Assembly: GCA_964637705.1 (NCBI GenBank)
Contig: CAZWVM010000003.1
Span: forward strand, 1 to 57,351
From: an uncultured bacterium
GTDB lineage: Bacteria; UBA8481
DNA: 57,351 nucleotides
Direction of reading: 5' to 3'
Position numbers and translations under genes: made by a program. Below the pieces are notes generated by a model, which made no database searches, was not told the DNA's origin, and saw only the letters and a list, made by a program, of their open reading frames with translations. Shown here piece by piece: positions 26,771 through 37,400 of this stretch. Within the stretch, counting starts at the first letter, position 1; every line of letters begins with the position of its first letter.

Positions 26771-27883
26771 CTAGGAGATGAGTCCTTCGAGGAAACGCGC
26801 CATCGTCTCGAGAGCTCCCGGCGGGCAAGCCGCATCAACGAGCGCCGCATCCGGTTGATCCGCACCGTCAATGAGGCGCGGCAGGCGCTCGCGAAGCTCC
26901 GCGCGGGTCGTGACGCACGGGATGAGATCGGCGATCTCGGCGGGGAACCATCCCCGTTCCTCCTCGCGCGGCACGATGGAGAGGACGGGGCGGCCCATGA
27001 CCAGGGCCTCGACGAGCAGCGTCGAGGTCATGCCGACCACGAGGTCCGCGGCGAAGATCCACTCCAGGGACGATCCCCCCTGGCTGATGCCGTCGAAGTC
27101 GCGGAGGTAGGACTGGAAATCCCCGGGAACGTTCTTGGGATGAATGCGCAGGACGTGCCAGGGACGCCGGGAAAGCAGGCGCGCGGCATCCAGGAACTCC
27201 TCCATGACGATCTCGGTGCGCCCATCCTGCACTCCTCTTCCCTCCAAAGTGTAGTCCGCGGACCGTCGGTATTGAAGGGGATTCAGGCCTCCCGAAAGCT
27301 CGGCGGCGAAGAGAACGACCGGGCGGTCGGCGGGCGCGGCGGGCAGGAGCCGACGCCGAACCTCCTCGCGCCCCTCGCGCTCCATCGCAGCACGGGATCG
27401 GCGGATCGCGTCGAAATGGGGATTCCCGCAGACGACGACCCGGTCTTCGGGATGACCGAGCGCGACGAAATTCCGGCGCGTCGTTCCGTCGGGAACGAGG
27501 ATCCAGCGCGGCGCGAAGGCCAGGCCGCTCTCGCCCCGCCCTCGAAATCGGTGGGGCGCATTCATGGGAGCGTCGACCAGGCCCGCCGTCACGATCCCGG
27601 CACGATGCGCTTCGGCGACGAGAGCGAGCCCGGGCTGGTCGGGATTCTCGGCCGTCCCCGTCACGACGATTCGCGGTCGGGCCTCGCGGACAAGTTCCCC
27701 GGGACTCAGGCCCGGGGGCCAGGTCTCGAACGGGGTGCCCGAGGCCGCCAGTCGCTCGACGGCCTGCCCGCCCGCGACGAGACGGACGCGACGGTCACGC
27801 AGACGCGACGGCAGGTCCGCCACGATATTCGCGGCTCCCGGATCCTCGACATAGATGAGAAGATCGACCGGGGCTTCTACCAT
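26771..27883 (-). CDS. GT-B-fold carbohydrate protein (glycerophosphotransferase/2-epimerase-like; function uncertain)
   Basis: EDPGAAN, VCGNPHFD, RIHPK and ADLVVGMTSTLLVEA segments are typical of GT-B-like proteins in nonulosonate clusters. Confidence 0.6.
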   Translation of the reverse strand: MVEAPVDLLIYVEDPGAANIVADLPSRLRDRRVRLVAGGQAVERLAASGTPFETWPPGLSPGELVREARPRIVVTGTAENPDQPGLALVAEAHRAGIVTAGLVDAPMNAPHRFRGRGESGLAFAPRWILVPDGTTRRNFVALGHPEDRVVVCGNPHFDAIRRSRAAMEREGREEVRRRLLPAAPADRPVVLFAAELSGGLNPLQYRRSADYTLEGRGVQDGRTEIVMEEFLDAARLLSRRPWHVLRIHPKNVPGDFQSYLRDFDGISQGGSSLEWIFAADLVVGMTSTLLVEALVMGRPVLSIVPREEERGWFPAEIADLIPCVTTRAELRERLPRLIDGADQPDAALVDAACPPGALETMARFLEGLIS

Positions 27884-28001
27884 AGCGGGTAGATGTTCTC
27901 CGACCGCGCGGGCGCGGCGGGTTCTCCGAGGGAACGTGCGCGCCGGGACCATCGAGCGACCCAGCGTCGCAAGGTCGCGCGGCAGAGGAGGAGCAGGATC
28001 C

Positions 28002-29924
28002 TCACGGGGCCGACACCGCGGCCGGGCACGCGGGCTGCCGGCGGGACAGCCGCCCGACCTCGTCCCCCAGCGCCGCGAGCCTCTCCCGCGCCCGGGTGCG
28101 CGTCGATTCCTCGTCCGCGATCGCGTCGATCATGACGAGCGACTCGGCGGCCGCGGCGATGCCCTCGCGGTCGAGGAAGATCCATTCCGACGAGGGGGTT
28201 CCGAACCAGAGCGCCTCGCGGAAGAACCACGAGCGGCTCGTGCGCCAGCGGTTTCCCGGCTGGTGCCCCTCGCCCAGCGCCCGCGCGATCCGCGCCTCGA
28301 TGCGATCGAATATCGCACCGCTCTTCAATCCGTCCTCCACCGCCTCCTTCAGGGCTCGCTTCTCGAGGCAGCACTCGGAAACGCCGATCGCGTGAATCCA
28401 CGACTCCAGTCGATCGGGACGCGGCAGGATCGGATCGAGGTTCGGAGCCGCCTTCACGGCGTTGTTTCTCGCCTCCCCGTCGGCCAGGACGGAGGCTCCC
28501 AGCCGCAGGCGGTAGAAGGAAGGCGCCGCGCCGAGATCGGTGGGCTCCTCCGGGGGCGCGAAGGCGAGCAGCCGGGACCATCCGAGAAACGGGTGGGCCA
28601 GGACATCGAGCCCGCCCCGGTCCACGCCGTCGGGAAGAGGCGCGAGTCCCGATTGCGCGGCGAGAATCCGTTCATACGGGACGGCGCGCGATCGATCGGC
28701 GAGCGAGGCCGGCCGCGGATCCGGCGGTGAGACCCTCAGGTGGAAATGATCGAAGAAGTCCTCGTCGCCCCCCAGGGCGTAATCGGGATTGCCGTAGCGG
28801 TACTCGACCAGGCTGGCGCATGGGTCACCGGTCGGCGAGGCCGATTCCCCCTGCGAAAGCCGTTCCTCGATCGCCTCCGCGATCTTGCCGTGGCCCGCGG
28901 GCGTCGGATGGCAATAGTCCATCACGTCATCAGGCTCGAGGAGCTCCGCGAGATCGAGGTAGGAAAGATCCGGCCCCGCGCATGCGTCGGCGACGCGGCG
29001 CGCGGCCTCCCGGTGCGCGGACGAGATGCGGTAGGAGCCCCGGTCGTCATCCAGGACGGCGGCCGCCGTGCGCTCCGCCGCATCGGCGAAGCCGAGCTTC
29101 CGCAAGGCCAGCGCCTTGTTGAATCGCGAGACCAGGGCGAGGGGTGTTTCTTCCGCCGCCGCGCGCCGGCAGAGACCCAGGGCTCTCTCGGCGTCCCCCC
29201 GCGAGAAGGCGATCTCCGCCTCGTTGTTCCAGGCGACGCAGCGGGCCGTCGGGCCGCCCTCCGCGCGGATCTTCCGGTAGAGCCACTGCGCCGCCTCCAG
29301 GTGGCCGGCCTGGTGCTCCGAGAGCGCGTGGGGCAATTCGGACCCGCCGGAGGCCGCGAAAGGATGATGCTCGGCGCCTCCGAAGACGCGCAGGAAGAGC
29401 GCGGAGGGAAAGTGGTTGGCCGGCGGAAACCAGCGCTGGCCGAAGGGATTCAGGAGGATGACGCGAAGGCGGCGGCGGCGCGCGCGGCGCACGAGGTCGC
29501 CCAGGTTCGCCTCGAACTCGTCAGGCGCGACGCAGGGCAGGGTCTCGACGAAGGAGGTCCGGGACGTGAATTCGTAGGGCGAGGAGCGAACGCTCCAGGG
29601 ATTGAGCGACTGGTACCACGGCTGGATCGCCCGCCGCAGGATCGGCGCGAGGAAAGGAAAACGCGGCTTCAAGGGTCCGAATCCGCTCGCGTCGCAATGA
29701 CCAAGGCAGATCACCACCGCGTCCCCGGGCTCCAGGTCGCGCGCGAGCCCGTCGAAGAGAGCGACGGCATCGGCCGATGTCATCCCGACGAGGGCGGCGT
29801 TGATCACGCGCCGGGGGAGTCGGCCTCGACCGAGAATTTCCGGGAACGTCTCCGCCACCACCCCGAGGCTCGCGGCGGCGGAATCGCCGATCACCATGAC
29901 GGCGGGCCGGCGAAGTCCCGTCAA
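28002..29924 (-). CDS. SGNH hydrolase-like protein with inserted TPR-like repeats
   Basis: VIGDSAA, LGHCD and DYCHPTPAGH blocks separated by helical repeats (AWNNEAEIA, FNKALALRKLG). TTG start inferred from a TTGA overlap; ATG at 29897 is an alternative. Confidence 0.7.
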   Translation of the reverse strand: MTGLRRPAVMVIGDSAAASLGVVAETFPEILGRGRLPRRVINAALVGMTSADAVALFDGLARDLEPGDAVVICLGHCDASGFGPLKPRFPFLAPILRRAIQPWYQSLNPWSVRSSPYEFTSRTSFVETLPCVAPDEFEANLGDLVRRARRRRLRVILLNPFGQRWFPPANHFPSALFLRVFGGAEHHPFAASGGSELPHALSEHQAGHLEAAQWLYRKIRAEGGPTARCVAWNNEAEIAFSRGDAERALGLCRRAAAEETPLALVSRFNKALALRKLGFADAAERTAAAVLDDDRGSYRISSAHREAARRVADACAGPDLSYLDLAELLEPDDVMDYCHPTPAGHGKIAEAIEERLSQGESASPTGDPCASLVEYRYGNPDYALGGDEDFFDHFHLRVSPPDPRPASLADRSRAVPYERILAAQSGLAPLPDGVDRGGLDVLAHPFLGWSRLLAFAPPEEPTDLGAAPSFYRLRLGASVLADGEARNNAVKAAPNLDPILPRPDRLESWIHAIGVSECCLEKRALKEAVEDGLKSGAIFDRIEARIARALGEGHQPGNRWRTSRSWFFREALWFGTPSSEWIFLDREGIAAAAESLVMIDAIADEESTRTRARERLAALGDEVGRLSRRQPACPAAVSAP

Positions 29925-30970
29925 GCCCGGATCCGTTCCGCGATGGCCCGGGCGAGGTCCTCGTTCCCGGCATCGGTCATGTGGAAATCGTCGATGAAAC
30001 AGGTCTCGTCGCGGAAGGGCACGGAGTTCCCGTCGAGGAAGGGGATTCCGCGGCGCGCGGCCAGGGCCGTCACATCGTCGCGCAGGCGCGGGTAGAGGGC
30101 CCCGATCACGAGTCGCTGGCACCGGCTCGCGGCCGGCATCCGCGCCAGCGCGATTTCGAAATACGCGTTCTCGGTCGCGTTTGCTTTCTTCGCCAGGGGA
30201 AGCCGCGGGTTGAAGACGTAGAGAAAGGAGGCGGGCGCGATCCGCGACCAGATCTCCATCTGCCGGTCGACGGCCTCGAGGCACCGCGCGTAACCCTCCG
30301 TGACGAGAGGCATCGCAACGAGGCGCTCGATCTCCGCCGCGGATGGTTCGGGGCCGAGCGACTCCGAGATCTCCTTGAACCCCTCCACGCGCTCCTCGAC
30401 TCCCTCGGGCGCGCCCGTCCAGTCCGCGAATCCGTTCTCCTTCTCGAAGGGGAACGGCAGGAGCGGGGTGAAACGGCGGGAACTGCCGAGGTGCAGGAGC
30501 AGGTCATTGGCGCCGGAGAGCGTCACCAGGTGATCGACGGTCCTGCCCGCGAAGAGATACATCAGGATCTCGACGAGACCGTTGCAGGCCCCCACCCCGC
30601 CGTTCCAGAAGAACGTGCCGGGCCGCAGCCGGTTCAGCGCGTTGTTCAGGGTTCCCTCGTCCGAGGCCGCTCCCGTCCCGAACACGACCGATCCGCCCGT
30701 CACCAGGCCCGTGCTCGCCGTGCGGGACCGGAACTCCTCGTACGTCACCCGCCTCCCGCCCTGGAAGCTGAAGCGAAAACCGTGCTCGTCGGTGTTGATC
30801 ATCGCCGAGGAGAAGGAAGGGGGCATCTGGCTCATGAGATACGGCAGGAAACGATACGTCTTTCCCATCTCGAGGTAAGGCTGGAAGAGGGACTGGAGAC
30901 GGGCCACGTCCTCGCGCTTGAAGCGACCCGGCGACTCGGGCGTGGGAATGCCCGCGCGCTCGCCGCTCAT
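29921..30970 (-). CDS. SGNH-like protein
   Basis: INTDEHGFR, GGSVVFG, SGAND and DDFHMTDAGN motifs; ATGA overlap. Confidence 0.7.
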   Translation of the reverse strand: MSGERAGIPTPESPGRFKREDVARLQSLFQPYLEMGKTYRFLPYLMSQMPPSFSSAMINTDEHGFRFSFQGGRRVTYEEFRSRTASTGLVTGGSVVFGTGAASDEGTLNNALNRLRPGTFFWNGGVGACNGLVEILMYLFAGRTVDHLVTLSGANDLLLHLGSSRRFTPLLPFPFEKENGFADWTGAPEGVEERVEGFKEISESLGPEPSAAEIERLVAMPLVTEGYARCLEAVDRQMEIWSRIAPASFLYVFNPRLPLAKKANATENAYFEIALARMPAASRCQRLVIGALYPRLRDDVTALAARRGIPFLDGNSVPFRDETCFIDDFHMTDAGNEDLARAIAERIRA

Positions 30971-32364
30971 CGCGCCGCCGCGTCGGCCCGGCGCGAGATC
31001 GGCCGACGGGGCAAGTCCACGGGGCGGGAGACGACCAGCCCCTTCTCCTCGAACCTCGCCAGGTAGTCGCGCAGGGGTCCAAAGGGCAGGCCGAAGCGCT
31101 CCGCGATATCGAGGCAGGTCGTCGTGCCGTCGAAGAGCCGGTAGAGCGCGTCGGACATGTGGCCCCAGGCGTCGGCATCGGGAGCGAGGTTCTTCTCGAT
31201 CGCGGGATCGAAGCGCTCGTAGTACAGCCGGTAGTCGGGGCTGGAGAGGCAGGGGAACCCGTCGAAGGTTCGCTCGAACGAGGCGTTTCGTTCGAGAATG
31301 TCGACGAACCGTTTGAGAACATCGAGAAACGCGGCGAGGTCCGTCGGATCGAGGCGGTCCGGCGTATCGAGGTTGGTGTGGTATTCGGGGAAATGCCCGG
31401 GCTGGCCGAGCGTGCAGGAGAGCTGGGCGAAGGGCACCTCGTGGCCCGGAGCCTCCCAGACCGTTTCGTCGTTCCCCACCCCGCCGCGGAACCCGGTGAT
31501 GCGCCAGCCTCGCGGATGGGCGCGAACGGCGTTCGCGAGGGCTGCATCGATGGGGTGGCCCCCGAAGAGCGTGGTGGAGGCCACGATGCCTCCTCCCGTC
31601 GATGGCATCTCCGTGAAAACTCCTCCCGCGATCCGCTCGATCTCCTCGCGGGGCCTGTCGCGCAGGTAGAAGACCGTGCCGACGTGTTCCGGGGCGACGA
31701 GCAACCGGTAGGTATAGCGCGTCGTTCTCGTCGCGAGCCACTGGAAGAGCCGGGTGAGCACGGCCACGCCGGCCATGCCGTCGTTGGCCATGCCGGGATG
31801 ACAGTTGTGCGCCTGGAAGACGATGGTGCGGTCGCTCGAACCGCGATGCTCGAAATCGCCGAGAAGCATCTCGCCGGCCTCGAAGGTCGTCTCCAGCCTC
31901 ACTTCGTAACGGCCCGGCCCGAGCGTCTCGTAGACCCGGTGCGGCACCGAGAGGGCCCAGTCCGCGTCCCAGGGCCGATACAGCCAGATGGCGTGATACA
32001 GGATCGCTTCGGGCTGGGCCGGCACGGTGACGAGATGAGCCTTCAGTTCCTCCCAGGAGATCTCCCCCGCGAAGGATTTCGAGTAGGCGGCGACGCCGAG
32101 CACGTGGGACGTTCCGTCGAAGAGGATCTCCCCGTCGCGCCGGATCTCGGCGCGGCGCACGCGCCAGAGGCGGGGCACTTCCCACCCCATGTGCTTCTCG
32201 CCTGAAGGATATCGTTGGATGCGAAGAGGTACCTCTCGGCCCAGCCGCTCGAAGAAAGCCGCGTTCTCCTCGGCCACGATGCTGGTGCGAAAAGAGCAGA
32301 GATCCCGGGTCAGCTCGAGGATCCCGATACCCTCGTCGCACTTCGTCTGTCGGTCGTCGCTCAC
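30967..32364 (-). CDS. DUF4910 peptidase-like protein with C-terminal winged helix
   Basis: WEVPRLW, HNCHPGMANDGMAG, YRLLVAPEHVG, EYHTNLD and C-terminal LDIAERFG. Start at GTG 32364 inferred; the ORF track starts at 32424. Confidence 0.82.
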   Translation of the reverse strand: MSDDRQTKCDEGIGILELTRDLCSFRTSIVAEENAAFFERLGREVPLRIQRYPSGEKHMGWEVPRLWRVRRAEIRRDGEILFDGTSHVLGVAAYSKSFAGEISWEELKAHLVTVPAQPEAILYHAIWLYRPWDADWALSVPHRVYETLGPGRYEVRLETTFEAGEMLLGDFEHRGSSDRTIVFQAHNCHPGMANDGMAGVAVLTRLFQWLATRTTRYTYRLLVAPEHVGTVFYLRDRPREEIERIAGGVFTEMPSTGGGIVASTTLFGGHPIDAALANAVRAHPRGWRITGFRGGVGNDETVWEAPGHEVPFAQLSCTLGQPGHFPEYHTNLDTPDRLDPTDLAAFLDVLKRFVDILERNASFERTFDGFPCLSSPDYRLYYERFDPAIEKNLAPDADAWGHMSDALYRLFDGTTTCLDIAERFGLPFGPLRDYLARFEEKGLVVSRPVDLPRRPISRRADAAAR

Positions 32365-32481
32365 GCTCTCGAAATGATACGCCCGTCCGGTATCCGCGAC
32401 AACATCGAGCGCAATTGAAAACACGTGGATCGGATCGTGATGGATTCAACTTCGGGGCTTCCGGGTGTAACATGGGCGCGC

Positions 32482-33810
32482 ATGAGGATCCTGCAAATCA
32501 GCACGTCCGATCGCACGGGAGGCGCCGCCCAGGTCGCCTGGCGACTGCACCGCTCCTTCCGCGCCCGGGGACACGACGCCTGGATGGTGGTCGGGACCAG
32601 GACCACGGACGACGGGAACGTCGTGCGCATCCCGAACCGGGAGAGCCGGTCGGCCTGGGCCCGCGGATGCTATGGTCTCCGGGATCTCCTCCGCGCGCGC
32701 GGCCTCGGCATCGATCCCGTCGGCCGGGCCCTCAAGTTCCTCGGCGAGCCGGCACGATGGTCCGCGAAGAGCGCGGGACGCGAGGACTTTTCCTATCCCG
32801 GCACGGCCTCGCTGGATCGCCTTCTTCCCTCCCCCGTCGACGTGATCCATGCACACAACCTGCACGGGGATTACTTCGACCTACGCTTCCTTCCCTCGCT
32901 CTCCCGCTCGCGCCCGTTCTTCATGACCCTCCACGACGCCTGGCTTCTCTCCGGCCACTGCGCCCACTCCTTCGCGTGCGAACGCTGGCGCACCGGGTGC
33001 GGATCCTGCCCGGACCTCTCGATCCCGCCCGCTGTTCCCCGCGACGGCACGGCCGAAAACTGGAGGGAGAAGGCGCGCATCTCCGCCGCCAGCCGGCTGC
33101 ACATCGCGACACCGAGTTCCTGGCTCATGGACAAGGTCAAGGATTCGCACCTGATGAGTGGTTCTCCCTCCCTGAGGGTGATTCCGAACGGGATCGACCT
33201 CGCGGTCTTCCGCCCCGGCTCCGGCCGCGACGAGGCACGGCGATCGCTCGGTCTTTCGCCCGACGCGCCGATCCTCCTCTTCACCGCCGACAGCATCCGC
33301 GACAATCCCTGGAAGGATTTCCGGATGCTCGGGGAGACGGTGGACCGCCTGGGCGCCCGGGGCCTGCCGATTCTCTGCCTCGCCGTCGGCGACACCGGCG
33401 CACCCGTCGTAACGGGATCCGCCGAGATCCGGTTCATCCCTCTCGTCGCCGATCCCGCGCTGATGGCCCGCTACTACGCCGCCGCCGACCTCTACCTGCA
33501 CCCCTCGCGCGCCGACACCTTTCCCACCTCGGTCATCGAGGCCCTGGCTTCGGGGACCCCGGTCATCGCCTCGCGGGTCGGCGGCATTCCCGAGCAGGTG
33601 AAGGAAGGCGTCACGGGACATCTCGTGACGCCGGGCGATGCGGAGGCGATGGCGGAATACGCGGCCCGGTTGCTCGGGGATCCGGCTCTCAAGCGGGGCT
33701 TGGGCGAAGAGGCGGCGCGCGATGCGGCCCGGCGTTTCTCCCTCGAGGACCATGTTCGAACGACGCTCGACTGGTACGCGGAGGTCCGCGCGGCATTCTC
33801 CGCGGGCTGA
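32482..33810 (+). CDS. GT4 glycosyltransferase (WcaC-like)
   Basis: MRILQISTSDRTGGAA, HNLHG, TLHDAW, ADTFPTSVIEALASGTPV and VGGIPE motifs. Confidence 0.92.
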   Translation: MRILQISTSDRTGGAAQVAWRLHRSFRARGHDAWMVVGTRTTDDGNVVRIPNRESRSAWARGCYGLRDLLRARGLGIDPVGRALKFLGEPARWSAKSAGREDFSYPGTASLDRLLPSPVDVIHAHNLHGDYFDLRFLPSLSRSRPFFMTLHDAWLLSGHCAHSFACERWRTGCGSCPDLSIPPAVPRDGTAENWREKARISAASRLHIATPSSWLMDKVKDSHLMSGSPSLRVIPNGIDLAVFRPGSGRDEARRSLGLSPDAPILLFTADSIRDNPWKDFRMLGETVDRLGARGLPILCLAVGDTGAPVVTGSAEIRFIPLVADPALMARYYAAADLYLHPSRADTFPTSVIEALASGTPVIASRVGGIPEQVKEGVTGHLVTPGDAEAMAEYAARLLGDPALKRGLGEEAARDAARRFSLEDHVRTTLDWYAEVRAAFSAG

Positions 33811-33819
33811 GTAGCGGCC

Positions 33820-34419
33820 CTACGCGTCCTTCTTGAGGGTCATGAACTGCACGTTCTTCTCCATCCACGCACCGGGATTCCATCGGCTGAACCCGTGCGT
33901 CTCCAGGAGCGGCGTGATGTCCTTTTCCGTGATCTCCAGCCCCCAATCGTGCCCGCTCAGGAGCGATCCCGGGGAGAGGAGCGGGCCGAACGTCCGCATC
34001 TCCCGCGGCTTGTCGCCGCCGTCGCAAAGCAGGTAGACAGGCGCATGGTCCGAGAGAAACCCGGCGATCCTCTTCCGGCTTTCCTCCGAGAAGCAGTCCT
34101 CCTCGTGGATCGAAACGCCGAGCGCGGAGAGCACCGGCCGGACCGGAGCGCTGCGTCCCATGTCGATGTCATAGGTCGCCACCGGGATGCCGAGCCTTCG
34201 GCCCCAGCAGCCGAGCAGCACCGTGAGAGCCCCGTTGCCGGTTCCGATCTCGAGAATGCCCCTCACCTGCGGATTCTCACCGAGCAGGCGGCCGATCACG
34301 TCGTATTGCCAGTAGTTGTGCTGCATCATCTGGCCGACGAAGTTCGTGTACCAGGGCCACGTCCCGTCCTCGCCCGACATCTTTCTCCGGTTCAGAAGAT
34401 CCGGATCGTCGATCGGCAT
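33820..34419 (-). CDS. Class I SAM methyltransferase (CmcI/Methyltransf_24-like)
   Basis: ILEIGTGNG, YDID, CDGG and GHDW motifs; GGAGGAGG SD. Confidence 0.75.
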   Translation of the reverse strand: MPIDDPDLLNRRKMSGEDGTWPWYTNFVGQMMQHNYWQYDVIGRLLGENPQVRGILEIGTGNGALTVLLGCWGRRLGIPVATYDIDMGRSAPVRPVLSALGVSIHEEDCFSEESRKRIAGFLSDHAPVYLLCDGGDKPREMRTFGPLLSPGSLLSGHDWGLEITEKDITPLLETHGFSRWNPGAWMEKNVQFMTLKKDA

Positions 34420-34430
34420 GAGTCCTCCTC

Positions 34431-37400
34431 CTATCCTTCCCAGGCCGTGCGGATCTTCCGGACCATCGCCCGGAAGTCGTGCGCGGAAAGCGTGCGCGCC
34501 TGTCCCGCGGCGGCGATGCGCCGGGCCTTTTCGGGGGCGGCCAGCAGTCCCTCTAGCGTCGAGGCCAGGTCTTCGCGGTCGCGGAACGTGAGGACTTCGG
34601 CGCCCGGTTCGAAGAGCGTCCCGAGATTCGGAGCCTCCTCCGTCAGGACGCAGGCTCCCATGCCCGTGGCCTCGAAGAGGCGATAATTCCCGGCGTTGCC
34701 CGCCGCGCAGTCGCCGTGGAAATCCAGGGTGACGGACGACTCGGCGAGGAACCGGTAATAGTCGAGGCCGAAGAGCGGGGGACGCAGGACCCCGCGGATC
34801 CTCTCGAGGGCGCGCGTGTATTCCGGGTCCCCGGGATCGGCGACGGCGTAGCCGTGGAGCCGGATGTCGAATCCCTGTTCCAGGAGCCAGGCGATCAGGG
34901 CGGCCCGGCGGCGATGCAACGGCGACAGGCCTCCCGCAAACGTGATCGCGTGCTTCTTCTCGACGCGCCCGAGCGCGGACAGGATCTCCGCGGCCCCGAA
35001 TCCCGGCGTCGTCACGACGACCTTCCCGAACTCGGAATGCATCGCCGAGAGCGTCGCGGGATTCTCGGTCAGGAGCGCGGCAATTCCGCGCGCCTCGATC
35101 CGCTCGTGGAGCGGCGAACCCATCCACATGAGGATCTTGCCCGCGTAGGGCCGGACACGGCGCAGGAATCCCTCCCCCAGGAGATCGAAGGGGAAGATCC
35201 AGAGGACGTCCGGCCGGAAGCGACGGACCCTCTCGGCCAGGATCTCCTCCCGCCACGCGTTCCACGGGTAGTCGCCCGCTCCGTTCTCCGCGGCCCAGGC
35301 GCGTTGCAGGGATTCAGCGTTCGTGACGACGACCTCCGCCTCGAATCCTTCCTCCCCGCGCATGTGGCGCGCCAGCCCCGCCGGCCAGGCGAAGTGATCG
35401 GCCTCGAGCGCCGCGCTCTGCTCGCGGAACGAGGCCCGTGAAAGGCCCGGGCGGTTCCGGTAGAAGGATCTCAGGTACTCCTCGTAGTAGCTGACGGCGA
35501 GAAGGATGCGCAGGGGCCGGGTTCCGGGCGTCGCCGGGCTGCCAGGCGCCTTCGGCGCCGCGGATTCCGCGAGGGCGGCGCGCAGGCCCGGAAGTTCTCC
35601 CGGGAGGCCGGAATCGCGGAGCTGGGCCGAGACGGCGGCGAGGCGTAAGGCCATCGGCGAAAACCGCTCGGTGGCCCCCTCGGCATCGAGGTAGACGGCC
35701 GTTCGATCGGTGCGCTCGAGGAGGACCTCCACGCCGCGAAGCAGCGGCGCGGAGCCGAGGCGCTCGATCCAGGACTCGGGGGAACCGTCCCACGCCGCGT
35801 GCACCAGGGTGAAATCCTCGGGGCGATATGTGCCCGTCAGGAGGAAGCGGACCAGCAGGCGGAGATGGCGCTTGAGAATCTCGGGCTCGGCGCCGACGGT
35901 GTCCGGGCCCTGGAGAGCCGAAAGCCTCTCGTATTGGATCTCGACCGGCTCGCGGCCTCCCACGATGATCTCCTCGATGGCCGTCGCCTCGCGGGGGAGG
36001 CGAAACGGCGGAAGCCCGGGATACTCGTAGTGGGGCACGACGTCGCCGAGATCGAGCGCGATGTTGAAGAGGTGGTGGGCGCGGTAGGCCCGGAGCAGAG
36101 TCGGGAGCTCAGGTTTCCGCGCCAGGATCTCCTCGAGCTTCTGGAAGTATCCCTCCGGCGTCGGCGACCATTCCACGAAGTCGTCCTGCGGAAACCCGCC
36201 GATGCCCGTCGTCGTCGCCAGGACCGGAACGCCCAGCCGCGCCATCTCCATTCCGACCGAGCTCCAGCTGACGAGCACGGCATCCGCGGCCTCGCCCAGG
36301 TCGTAGGTGGAGACCGGGTCCCGGGGCCAGACGAAGTGCACCCGGGGCGGAAGCGCGCCGAAGCGCTCGCGGAGCCGCGCGAGATGTTGCGTGCCCTCCC
36401 GCCCCTCGAAGGTGCCCGTGCCTTCGCGGGGATGGACTCGCACGACGAGCTGAAGATCGTCCCGGGCCGCGACGTGTTTCGCGAGCGCGGCAATCCACTC
36501 CGCCTGGTCGGGGAATGGCGGGGCCGGGAGCGAAAAGCTGTCGCCCATCCCGTCCGAGCAGAGTTGCATCGACATCATCTCGTCGAGGCTCGAGGTGTAG
36601 GCGACGAGAAGACGGCGCCCCGGGTCCAGCCCGAGCCGCTCGTGCACGCCGGTCCGCTCCGCGGATCGGCCGCGGGCGAAGCTGCGCGTGTAGACGCCGC
36701 GGAGAATCTTCAGCAGGTCACCCGTGCTGTACGCGATGCGGTCCTCGTCGAGGGCGAGGTCCCTCCATCGCGGCCAGTTCTTCCAGCCCAGGTACACGTA
36801 GGACTCGGAATTCTTGTGCAGCAGGATGTAGCGGCGCCGGTCCACGACGCCGCCCAGGGTCAGATTCAGCGAGGGAATGCCGAGGGAACGCGCCGCGAGG
36901 CGGGCTCCCACGAAGAGGGCGTAATTGTTGAAGACGAGCAGGCGGCTCGCCCCGATGTCCCGCCCGATCCTCTTGACCAGCTCGTAGCTGGTCAATGCGT
37001 TGCGCAGGTGCCTGAGCCACGTCCCGCGGACACGGCCGTCGATCGATGTCCTCTCGCAGACCCGCGTCGCGAGGATCGTGTCAGCCAGGGCGACGCGGCC
37101 GAAAGGCAGGTCCTCGTGGTGAAAGCCGGCCATGTCGTCCGGCGCCGCGGCGATGAGCTTATCCACGGTCTCCGCGACACCCGCCGCCATGAGCGGTTCC
37201 AGCTCGACGCCCTCGAGCCCGTATTCCCGGAGCATGCGGTCGGCGCCCTCACGGCAGCGCCGGCACACCTCCTCCCGCCGCCCCGGATCCGCCGGGTAGG
37301 TCAACCCGTGGGAATCGTGAACCGGGCAGCCCGTGAAAACACGGTCGCAGCGCGCAAAGAGGACGTCGTGTCCCCGTTCCTTGAGCGTGCGGGCCACGAG

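Noticed and set aside
27877-28581. 234-aa minus-strand ORF bridging two genes
   Set aside because: Overlaps the SGNH/TPR gene in another frame and has low-complexity composition.
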